This document shows positions 55,481-63,325 of a stretch of 64,000 nt of DNA, one piece after another. Each line of letters begins with the position of its first letter. The first letter of the stretch is position 1. The notes below the pieces were generated by a model. That model saw only the letters and a list, made by a program, of their open reading frames with translations. It did not search any database and had not been told where the DNA came from. Position numbers and translations under genes: made by a program. Source of the stretch: an uncultured Lentisphaeria bacterium (GTDB taxonomy: Bacteria > Verrucomicrobiota > Lentisphaeria > Victivallales > Victivallaceae); NCBI GenBank assembly GCA_949298075.1, contig CASFVA010000033.1:20806-84805 (forward strand), read 5' to 3'.

Positions 55481-57265
55481 TCAGAACATCCGCGACTCGA
55501 TGGCGGTTTTGACCGCCTTCACTCCGGCGGAATAGGCGTCAAGGTAACGCCCCCCCTGCTTCTCCAGCGGAATGCCGACCGGATTGGTCCAGTCATCCCG
55601 TCCGTTGAAAAGAAACACCCGGGCCTCCTCGCGTTTGCCGTAGTCAATTTCGTCCACTGCCACCACCACGCCGACAAAATCCCCCTCGCGGGTCATCACG
55701 AAATCTCCGACGCCGGCCCGAAGCTCGCCGCCGACCCCCCGGGAATTGTTGCGGATAACCATAGTGGGAGTGGAACCGGAGAAATCCACCGAGCAACGGT
55801 CGGTCAGCTCCACGCTGGCTCCGCCGAAAGTGGAGAACTTGAACAGATGAAGCTCCCGCATACCGCGTTTTTTGAGCTGTTCGGCCGTCAGCAGCCGCAG
55901 CGGACGGATCCCGGCGGCAGGCTTGATCTCCACCGCCGCCACCCTCGGGTCGCGCCGCACCGCCTGCAACGGACCGGGAAGCACCTGCCGGGTGTCGGCC
56001 TTGCCCGGAGTCCGGGCGGCGTATTCCACCGCGGTCACCCGGTTGAACGACATCGCCCGGTCGGCATCGCCGGCAAACAGCGAAAAATAGCCCACCAGCA
56101 GCGGCCGTCCGCCGAAATCCACCACCGGCAGATAGTAACGGCCGCCGCCGCGAAGCTCGGAAATCAGCCGGTCCTCGCGCACGTCGATATCCACCTCAAG
56201 GGTCGCACTGCTGTAACTGCTCAGAACATCATTGCGCAGACGCTTCTCAACCTCGGCCAGCCGCCGGTTGGCAACCTGCAGTTTGACGGTGTTGTCCACC
56301 GCGGCCTTGCGGCTTTCGTCGAGAACTTTCTTGGTCTGTTCCAGTTCAACCCGGGTTTTGGAATATTCCGCCACGGTGCGTTTGACCACCTTCTGCATCT
56401 CGTCGCGCTGCCGCCGGGCGTCGCGCTCGGCCAGTTCCTGTTCCAGCAGTTTGCGGCGCAGCTGCTCTACCCGCCCCCTGTAGTCGGCCAGATCCCGCTC
56501 GGCGGCGTTGAGCCGGTTGCCGGTCACCGCCAGAGAGGTCTGAAGCGTCTGGGATTCCCGGGTCACCCGGCCCACCCGGTCACTCATTTCCCTGAGTGCC
56601 TCACGCACGCCGGCCAGATCACTCTCCCGGGCGGCAAGTTCCCGTCGCTGCTGTTCGGCCTGCTGTTCGGCGACCGCCACTTTGGCGTCCGCTTCCGACA
56701 GCCGGGTCCGGGTCCGGATCATCTCGTCGGAGAGCCGCGCCATCGCTTCGCCGGTGGTGCTGACCGTCCGCCGCAATTCGCCGGCTTCACTGCGGGCCGC
56801 CGCCAGGTCGCTCCGAACGGAGGTCAGATTCTCTTTGGCCGTGTTGAGATCCGTGCTTTTGTCTTTCAACTCGATTTCCGTGCGCAGCCGGCGTTCAATT
56901 TCTGCGTCGAGCCGTTTTTTCAGCTCTTCCGGAGTCAGCTCTCCGGTAGTTTCAGGAGTACGTTCCAGCGCGCCGCGCAGCTCTTCCGTGCGGCGCAGAT
57001 TGGCCGCAAGTTCCGCCGCCAGCCGCCGCAATTCCGCTTCACGCTCCGGCGTCGCCCCCAGCCGCACGGTTGCCTCGCGCAGCCGGTTCCGCAGCTGCTC
57101 CAGTTCGGAGCGCTTGTTTTCCAGTTCTGCCAGCAGCATGCGCGTCGTCGTCTCGTCAAGTCCGACCCCGGTGCCGCCGGAATGGGCCGCCACCATGCCG
57201 GTCATCATCGACAGCATCGCCGAGACCAGAAAGTCGCAGATGACTATTAATATAGCGCGATTCAC
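55481..57265 (-). CDS. Membrane-anchored long coiled-coil protein with MotB/ExbD-like Asp-containing TM helix and uncharacterized C-terminal domain (candidate B-subunit of a MotA/ExbB-type motor)
   Basis: 594 aa. The N-terminal single TM is ILIVICDFLVSAMLSMM (compare MotB YADF[VM]TAMMAFFL). About 350 aa of Arg/Glu/Leu-rich heptad coiled coil follows, then a roughly 250-aa C-terminal region with no motif I recognise. Translationally coupled to the upstream ExbB-like gene by a 4-nt overlap. Confidence 0.55.
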   Translation of the reverse strand: MNRAILIVICDFLVSAMLSMMTGMVAAHSGGTGVGLDETTTRMLLAELENKRSELEQLRNRLREATVRLGATPEREAELRRLAAELAANLRRTEELRGALERTPETTGELTPEELKKRLDAEIERRLRTEIELKDKSTDLNTAKENLTSVRSDLAAARSEAGELRRTVSTTGEAMARLSDEMIRTRTRLSEADAKVAVAEQQAEQQRRELAARESDLAGVREALREMSDRVGRVTRESQTLQTSLAVTGNRLNAAERDLADYRGRVEQLRRKLLEQELAERDARRQRDEMQKVVKRTVAEYSKTRVELEQTKKVLDESRKAAVDNTVKLQVANRRLAEVEKRLRNDVLSSYSSATLEVDIDVREDRLISELRGGGRYYLPVVDFGGRPLLVGYFSLFAGDADRAMSFNRVTAVEYAARTPGKADTRQVLPGPLQAVRRDPRVAAVEIKPAAGIRPLRLLTAEQLKKRGMRELHLFKFSTFGGASVELTDRCSVDFSGSTPTMVIRNNSRGVGGELRAGVGDFVMTREGDFVGVVVAVDEIDYGKREEARVFLFNGRDDWTNPVGIPLEKQGGRYLDAYSAGVKAVKTAIESRMF

Positions 57266-57816
57266 TTGCGATGATCTCCGGAGGCTTCAACCGTTTCGCG
57301 CACCAGTTTCTGCCGCAGCGGATACTGCATCGACAGCCGCAGCACCAGACTGAAAATGATTCCGATCAGAGTCGAACTGTAGGCGATCAGCCGGCTGCTT
57401 TGCGGCGAAAACGTCATGACCAGAAACGCCGACACCGTACCGAAAAGTCCGACATAGAGCGGCACATCGAAAAAGATCTCGGCGTTTTCCAGCCGCCGCA
57501 GCTTGAGTTCAGTCGAGTCGTCGCTGCGCCGGATCCCGGACACCACCGTGCCGCCGATAACCAGCGCCACGAACTGCATCACCGTGATCACGGCGAAAAT
57601 CAGCATCGAAATCCGGGCCGTAAGCCGACCGCGCGCCGCGAGACTGGCCTCGGAATTGGCCGGAACCTCCCCGAACACGCTGCCGGAATCGCCGCCGGAA
57701 AAAATATCCCGCACCAGCGCCGAATGTTCAAAACCATAATTCATCAGCCAGATAAATCCGCCGCCGAGAACCACAATCAGCAGGGTCGGCCACAGCCGGA
57801 ATCCATTCTTCTTCAT
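57262..57816 (-). CDS. MotA/TolQ/ExbB proton-channel family protein (small, 4 TM)
   Basis: 184 aa. TM3 carries GLFGTVSAF, which matches the ExbB/TolQ signature GL[FL]GTVWGI. The RBS GGGAGAG precedes ATG 57816, an internal start relative to track ORF 57262..57951. Confidence 0.6.
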   Translation of the reverse strand: MKKNGFRLWPTLLIVVLGGGFIWLMNYGFEHSALVRDIFSGGDSGSVFGEVPANSEASLAARGRLTARISMLIFAVITVMQFVALVIGGTVVSGIRRSDDSTELKLRRLENAEIFFDVPLYVGLFGTVSAFLVMTFSPQSSRLIAYSSTLIGIIFSLVLRLSMQYPLRQKLVRETVEASGDHRK

Positions 57817-57904
57817 TATCCTGTCTCTCCCATGACTGAAAATTCCACCGCACGAACTCCACCGTCTGCGCGTCCGCCGCCGGAGAATTTGTTCAAAACG
57901 GCAT

Positions 57905-57933
57905 AATATAAAACCGCTGCCGGAATTATTCAA
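57905..57933 (-). promoter_or_regulatory. Sigma70-like promoter (TTGAAT-17nt-TATATT, minus strand) upstream of the ExbB-like gene, overlapping the 3' end of nadK
   Basis: Read directly from the reverse complement of 57905-57933: TTGAAT, a 17-nt spacer, then TATATT. Confidence 0.4.
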
Positions 57934-58678
57934 GCACCTTGAAACCGGCAAACGGCAGCTTGTTGGGGTGCCGCAGCAGCCGGCAGCGCGGACACATGAA
58001 ATCGGCCAGTCCGTAAACCAGGGCCTCGCAGCTGCTCTGGCGCAGCGTAACCACGCCGCCTTCAGGCACCGTGAGACGGAGCGGCGAATTGTCGGCGATC
58101 AGCAGCCCCGGACCGCGGACCACTTCAATTTCAACCTGCGAGGACTCCTCCAGCACCAAATGATTGACCTCCTCGGTGGAGTTGCTGAAAGCCAGCCCGA
58201 TGCCGACCCGGAACAGGCTGTGGGTGATGCTCCGGTAATACGCCGAACTGCCGTGCACACTGGCCAGCCCGACGCCGTCGCCCACCACCTCATTGGCGTA
58301 AAGCACTCCGTCGATCCGCACCCGGTAACGCAGCGCGCTGGCGTGGTCGACGTTGTGCAGAAAAACATCGTTTACCGCATGAACCTTTTCCCCGCCGTAC
58401 CCCCCCTCCAGCTTGCGCAGCCGGGTCAGCGGCAGAGCGCCCGCCACGAATCCGGCCAGCCGCAGCTCGGACTTGTGCAGCGAACACAGGGGAGCGGTCG
58501 CGGCGTCGCGCAACGGCAGCTTGGGAACGCCCGGGAAATCCCGCTCGGCTCCCAGAAGTGCGCCATCTCCGCCGTGAGTCACCACCAGCTCAAATCCGCA
58601 GTCACACTCTTCCAGCCCGTTGGCGGCCAGCAGCGGCCGGATATCCTCCAGGTTTTTGCCGACCAGTTTTATTTTCAT
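57926..58678 (-). CDS. nadK: NAD+ kinase
   Basis: The GGDG motif is VTHGGDGALLGA and the NDV motif is AVNDVFL. ATG 58678 overlaps the stop of the upstream SpoU gene (TGATG). Confidence 0.85.
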   Translation of the reverse strand: MKIKLVGKNLEDIRPLLAANGLEECDCGFELVVTHGGDGALLGAERDFPGVPKLPLRDAATAPLCSLHKSELRLAGFVAGALPLTRLRKLEGGYGGEKVHAVNDVFLHNVDHASALRYRVRIDGVLYANEVVGDGVGLASVHGSSAYYRSITHSLFRVGIGLAFSNSTEEVNHLVLEESSQVEIEVVRGPGLLIADNSPLRLTVPEGGVVTLRQSSCEALVYGLADFMCPRCRLLRHPNKLPFAGFKVLE

Positions 58679-59211
58679 CAATCGCCGCCTTTCCTGCAAA
58701 TTGAATTTCCGTCGCACTCCGCCGCAGCGTTCCGGCCGGCGGCATAGTGAACCGCGTAGAGAATCGCCGCCGCCGCATTGCCGACGTTGATCGAAGCCTT
58801 GACGCCGAGCATCGGCAGTCCGATCCGTCCGTCCACCAGGGCCAGCGCCTCGTCCGAGACCCCCAGCGCCTCGTTTCCGAAAATCACCGCCAGCGGGAAC
58901 CGGTAGCGGGCCTCCCAGGCCAAAATGCTTCCGTCACCGGGTTCAGCCGCAAGGATCTGGCGGAACCCCTCGTCCCGCAGCACCGTCACCGCCGCCGCGG
59001 CCGAAGTCATCACCCGGCAGGGAACCAGCCGGTCCGTCCCCATGGCAGTCTTGACCAGACGCGGATGCGGCGGAGCCGGAGTATAGCCGCAGGCGATGAT
59101 CTCCGCCACCCCCAGGGCCTCCGCGATCCTGAATATATTGCCGACGTTGTGTGCGCTGCGCAGCCGGTCAAGCACAATGACCAGCCGGCCGGGCTGGAAA
59201 TCGTTTGCCAT
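58678..59211 (-). CDS. SpoU/TrmH-family RNA 2'-O-methyltransferase
   Basis: SPOUT motifs are present: LDRLRSAHNVGNIFRIAEALG, VIFGNEALGVS and INVGNAAAILY. I chose ATG 59211. Confidence 0.75.
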   Translation of the reverse strand: MANDFQPGRLVIVLDRLRSAHNVGNIFRIAEALGVAEIIACGYTPAPPHPRLVKTAMGTDRLVPCRVMTSAAAAVTVLRDEGFRQILAAEPGDGSILAWEARYRFPLAVIFGNEALGVSDEALALVDGRIGLPMLGVKASINVGNAAAAILYAVHYAAGRNAAAECDGNSICRKGGD

Positions 59212-59369
59212 TGCCGTCTGTAGCTCCACCCGAGGTTGTACCGAGGTTATGCATTGCATAAAGTAGCCGCATTTCCCGGGTTTTACAAGTCCGGCGCCCT
59301 TGCCTGAACCGCTTTATGAGGCTATATTAAGAGAAAACCGTATACAAACCGCCCAACCGAGGTAAAATC

Positions 59370-60170
59370 ATGGCGAAGATCCATCCCACCAGCGTTGTCA
59401 GCGACGGCGCAATCCTCGACGACAGCGTCGAAGTCGGTCCGTTCTGTTTTGTCGGGCCCCACGTCAAAATCGGTCCGGAGACCCGGCTGCTCGGCCATTG
59501 CAATATCGACGGCCACACCACCCTCGGACGCGGCAACGTGGTGCATCCCTTTGCCTCGCTCGGCCAGCCGGCCCAGGATCACGCGGTGGAGCCGGGCAAG
59601 GCCACCTACCTCAACATCGGCGATGACAATGTGTTCCGGGAGGGCTGCACCATTCACACCGGCACCAAGCCGGATACCGCCACCGTCATCGGCAGTCACA
59701 ACATGTTCATGAACTGCACCCACGTCGCCCACAACTGCCGGGTCGGCAACCACGTGATTTATGTCGGATACGCCGGCACCGCCGGGTACTGCGAGGTGTT
59801 TGACCACGCGCTGCTCTCCGGACTGGTTGGAATCCACCAGTTCTGCCGGGTGGGCCGGTTTGCGATCATTTCGGGCGGTTCGGTATTCAGCAAGGACGTG
59901 CCTCCGTTCATGATGGCCGAGGGACGCAACGGCGGCGTGAAAATGATCAACAAAATCGGGCTGCAGCGCGCCGGCTTCAGCGAGGAATGCATCACGGTGA
60001 TCAAACACCTGTTCCGGATTTACTACCGCAGCGGCCTGGCGCCGGCCAATGCCATTGAAAAAATCAAGACCGAACTGCCCCAGATTCCTGAGGTGGTGGA
60101 ATTCATCGAATTCTGCGCCGCCAGCAAACGCGGCGTCATCGCCGCCCATTCCGAGGGGCACCGCAACTGA
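59370..60170 (+). CDS. lpxA: Acyl-ACP--UDP-N-acetylglucosamine O-acyltransferase
   Basis: The N-terminus is MAKIHPTSVVSDGAILDDSVEVGPFCFVGPHVKIG with left-handed beta-helix hexapeptide repeats. Length 266 aa. Confidence 0.9.
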   Translation: MAKIHPTSVVSDGAILDDSVEVGPFCFVGPHVKIGPETRLLGHCNIDGHTTLGRGNVVHPFASLGQPAQDHAVEPGKATYLNIGDDNVFREGCTIHTGTKPDTATVIGSHNMFMNCTHVAHNCRVGNHVIYVGYAGTAGYCEVFDHALLSGLVGIHQFCRVGRFAIISGGSVFSKDVPPFMMAEGRNGGVKMINKIGLQRAGFSEECITVIKHLFRIYYRSGLAPANAIEKIKTELPQIPEVVEFIEFCAASKRGVIAAHSEGHRN

Positions 60171-60263
60171 CGGAGCGGACCGCCGCCAGAACTGTCGCGA
60201 CGGCGCCGCCGGGTGGAAACCCGGGTGCCGCCGACCGCATTTTGAACTCTGTGGAGGAGAACT

Positions 60264-61919
60264 ATGAAACTTGAAGCTCTGAAAAAAAATCCGAAATTCA
60301 CCCCCCGGCGCGGGCCGGTGGTGCTGGCGATTCTGGACGGTGTCGGCTACGGCAAATACAGCGACGGCGATGCGGTTAAGCGTGCCAACATGCCCACGTT
60401 CCGCAGTCTGCTGGAGCACTGCCCCAACACCCGGCTCAAAGCGCACGGGACGGCGGTCGGAATGCCGTCCGACGCCGACATGGGCAACAGTGAGGTCGGT
60501 CACAACGCCATCGGCTGCGGCCGGGTCTTTTCGCAGGGGGCCAAGCTGGTTGAAGAAGCGGTTTCATCGAAGAAGCTTTTTGCCGGCGATGTCTGGAAAC
60601 AGCTGATTGACAACGTCAACTCCCGCAACAGCACACTGCACTTCATCGGATTGTTCTCCGATGGCAACGTTCACAGCCACATCGATCATCTCAAGGCGAT
60701 GCTGCTGGAAGCCCGGGCGGCCGGAGTCAAACGGGCCCGGATACACATTCTGCTCGACGGACGCGACGTGCCGGAAACCTCGGCCCTGGACTATGTCGGC
60801 CCCTTTGAAGCATTTCTGGCTGAACTCAACGCGGCTGGAGCCGATTACCGGATTGCCTCCGGCGGCGGCCGCATGGCGATCACCATGGACCGCTACGGAG
60901 CCAACTGGGATATGGTGCGCCGGGGATGGGAAATCCACGTTCACGGCAACGGCGAGAAATTCAAAAGCGCGACGGACGCCATTACCGCCCTGCGGGAACG
61001 CACCGGGGCGATTGACCAGGATCTGCCGCCCTTTGTGATCTCCGACGACGGAGCGACGCCGGTGGGAGCAATTGAAGACGGCGACTCGGTGATTTTCTTC
61101 AACTTCCGGGGCGACCGCTCGCTGGAAATCACCGCCGCGTTTGAGAACGACGATTTCGACCACTTCGACCGGGGACGGCGGCCGCAGGTGATGTATGCCG
61201 GAATGATGGAGTACGACGGCGATCTGCATGCGCCGCGGCTCTATCTGGTCAATCCTCCGGAAATCGACCGTACCATGGATGAATACCTCTGTGCATCCGG
61301 AGTTCGTCAGCTGGCGGTCAGTGAAACCCAGAAATACGGCCACGTCTCCTACTTTTTCAACGGCAACCGTTCAGGCAAATTCAATGACCAGTACGACGAA
61401 TACGAGGAAATCCGTTCCGACGTAGTGCCGTTTGAACAGCGTCCGTGGATGAAATGCGCGGAAATCACCGACCGGGTGGTCGCGGCCATCGGGAGCGGAG
61501 ACTTCGGCATGATCCGGCTCAACTTCCCCAACGGTGACATGGTGGGCCACACCGGTGACATCAACGCGGTGATCGTGGCGATGGAGGCGCTGGATCTCTG
61601 CCTGACCCGGATCAAGGCGGCGGTGGATGCAGCCGGAGCGGTGCTGGTCATTTCCGCCGATCACGGCAATGCTGACGACATGTACGAACACAAGAAGGAC
61701 GGTTCGCTCAAGACGGACTCCGACGGCAACCCGGCGCGTAAAACCAGCCATTCACTCAATCCGGTGCCGTGCATTGTCTACGACCCGGAAAGCCATGGTG
61801 AATATCTGCCGGAACTGCGCAGCGGCCTGGGCATCAGCTCGCTGGCGGCGACCTGCATTGAACTGCTGGGGTATCAGGCTCCGGAGGGCTATGATCCGAG
61901 CGTGCTGCAGTTCAGGTAA
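60264..61919 (+). CDS. gpmI: 2,3-bisphosphoglycerate-independent phosphoglycerate mutase (long, plant/trypanosome-type iPGM)
   Basis: 551 aa with the metal-binding and Ser-phosphorylation region LAILDGVGYG...SDADMGNSEVGHNAIG and a C-terminal SADHGNADDM. The RBS GGAGGAG precedes ATG 60264. Confidence 0.9.
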   Translation: MKLEALKKNPKFTPRRGPVVLAILDGVGYGKYSDGDAVKRANMPTFRSLLEHCPNTRLKAHGTAVGMPSDADMGNSEVGHNAIGCGRVFSQGAKLVEEAVSSKKLFAGDVWKQLIDNVNSRNSTLHFIGLFSDGNVHSHIDHLKAMLLEARAAGVKRARIHILLDGRDVPETSALDYVGPFEAFLAELNAAGADYRIASGGGRMAITMDRYGANWDMVRRGWEIHVHGNGEKFKSATDAITALRERTGAIDQDLPPFVISDDGATPVGAIEDGDSVIFFNFRGDRSLEITAAFENDDFDHFDRGRRPQVMYAGMMEYDGDLHAPRLYLVNPPEIDRTMDEYLCASGVRQLAVSETQKYGHVSYFFNGNRSGKFNDQYDEYEEIRSDVVPFEQRPWMKCAEITDRVVAAIGSGDFGMIRLNFPNGDMVGHTGDINAVIVAMEALDLCLTRIKAAVDAAGAVLVISADHGNADDMYEHKKDGSLKTDSDGNPARKTSHSLNPVPCIVYDPESHGEYLPELRSGLGISSLAATCIELLGYQAPEGYDPSVLQFR

Positions 61920-62021
61920 TTTGAGTTACGGACGCGGCGGAGTCAAAAAACCGCCGCGTTTTTTCATTTTACCGCTTGAAAAGTGCTGTTACCCGGCATA
62001 TATTAAGTAACATCATCATGG

Positions 62022-62098
62022 GCACCCGTAGCTCAGTTGGATAGAGCGTCTGCCTCCGGAGTAGAAGGTCTCGCGTTCGAGTCGCGACGGGTGTACCA
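62022..62098 (+). tRNA. tRNA-Arg (anticodon CCG)
   Basis: Folded by eye as a 77-nt cloverleaf: acceptor GCACCCG/CGGGTGT with G1-U72; D-arm GCTC-AGTTGGATA-GAGC; anticodon stem TCTGC/GTAGA with loop CTCCGGA (anticodon CCG); T-arm TCGCG-TTCGAGT-CGCGA; 3' CCA encoded. Confidence 0.85.
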
Positions 62099-62110
62099 TT
62101 TTTTATGATT

Positions 62111-62156
62111 GAAAATCAGCGAGTTGCAAAATTGTAAAACTCGCTGATTTTTTTGT
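62111..62156 (+). terminator. Hairpin + T-run downstream of tRNA-Arg
   Basis: An 11-bp stem AAATCAGCGAG/CTCGCTGATTT with a 16-nt loop, followed by TTTTTTT. The loop is larger than in a classic terminator. Confidence 0.45.
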
Positions 62157-62547
62157 CTTTGTTGCCGGTTGAAACATGGCCGATTTGCCCGCCGTTATGA
62201 CGGCTCGCCGTTCAACTTTTAAGCCGCTTCCGCAGCCCGCCGCCGAGGGCGGACGAATCTCCGCCCCCCCGCGTTCCCATGCACCAGGAACGCCCCGTCC
62301 GGGATCGGCCTGCCCGTGCAGTCGGCGGTCGAGGAATTTTACATGCCCTACGGGGCGGCAAAATTCGGCGGCAAATGCGCCCGGAGTCTGTTTGACGGGC
62401 GCGGGTCGTTTTATCTGAACGAAACCGGCCGCGGACCGGACCAGAGGATCACTCCGGCGATGCTTCGGCAGGCCGGCCGGCGGCTCCGGCAGGAGATTGA
62501 ACGCCACCGGCGTCTGAAAGCTGAAAACGTAAAAAAACAACTTGAAA

Positions 62548-62576
62548 TTGAAAAATGCGAACCTCCATGCTATATT
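62548..62576 (+). promoter_or_regulatory. Sigma70-like promoter (TTGAAA-17nt-TATATT), preceded by a second tandem TTGAAA, for the zinc-ribbon/TM2 gene
   Basis: Read directly: TTGAAA at 62548-62553, a 17-nt spacer, then TATATT at 62571-62576. The SD GGAGG lies 7 nt before ATG 62608. Confidence 0.4.
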
Positions 62577-62607
62577 GGCTTACAGCCATCAGCATGGAGG
62601 TGTTTTT

Positions 62608-63228
62608 ATGAGGATGCGTTGCCCGCACTGCGGCCAGAAGTACGAAATTGACGACGATCTCACCGGGCAGGAGTTGGAGTGTTCCGCCTGCGGAAAAACC
62701 TTCACTGCCGTGCAGTCGTCCCCCCCGGCGGCACTCGTTTCGTCGCCTGAACTCAAACCGAAGACAGCTCCCATGCCGGAGCCTAGACCGGCGTCCGCCA
62801 AACTGCCATTGCCGCCGGGTAAACGTGGTATTGTACTTCCTAAACAAAACAGAACCCGTTGTTGCCCGATGTGCGGAGAGGAAATTCTTGTATTTGCAAA
62901 AAAATGCCGCTTCTGCGGAGAATATTTTGACAATTCGGGAAAGCCGCGCAACCCGAACAACCGTGCAATCTACGTTCTCCTTGCCCTGTTCTTGGGCGGA
63001 TTTGGCGCTCACAACTTTTATGAAGGTGACAACAAAACTGCAATTGCTCATATTATTGTTACTATAATACTGTTAGCGCTGTTTATGGCGATCCCGGTTT
63101 ATATTAATTCTTGGGTAGAGGCCAGCATTGGCATCGCCGCCGGTGTTCTCGGACTGCTGAATTTTCTGTGGATTATCATCGAAATTTGTGCAGGGCGTTC
63201 AATTGTTCGATGGTTGAAATCTGAATGA
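62608..63228 (+). CDS. Double zinc-ribbon + TM2-domain membrane protein
   Basis: Two CxxC...CxxC zinc ribbons (MRCPHCGQKYEID...CSACGKTF and CCPMCGEEILVFAKKCRFCGEYF), then the TM2-domain signature AIYVLLALFLGGFGAHNFYEGDNKTAIAHIIVTI with two TM helices. The gene has markedly lower GC than the rest of the window. Confidence 0.65.
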   Translation: MRMRCPHCGQKYEIDDDLTGQELECSACGKTFTAVQSSPPAALVSSPELKPKTAPMPEPRPASAKLPLPPGKRGIVLPKQNRTRCCPMCGEEILVFAKKCRFCGEYFDNSGKPRNPNNRAIYVLLALFLGGFGAHNFYEGDNKTAIAHIIVTIILLALFMAIPVYINSWVEASIGIAAGVLGLLNFLWIIIEICAGRSIVRWLKSE

Positions 63229-63325
63229 TATTGCCGTTGCCGCCCGGAAATTTCCGGGCGTTTTTTTTGACGTGATTTCCGGCTCTGTTGACAACCTCCG
63301 GTCTGATGGACAGGAGGTTTTTTTA

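Noticed and set aside
62103-62540. 145-aa minus-strand ORF just downstream of tRNA-Arg (considered as a possible integrase remnant)
   Set aside because: It has no integrase/recombinase motifs (no RHRY tetrad context). The Pro/Ala/Gly-rich translation is GC artefact-like, and it overlaps the tRNA terminator.
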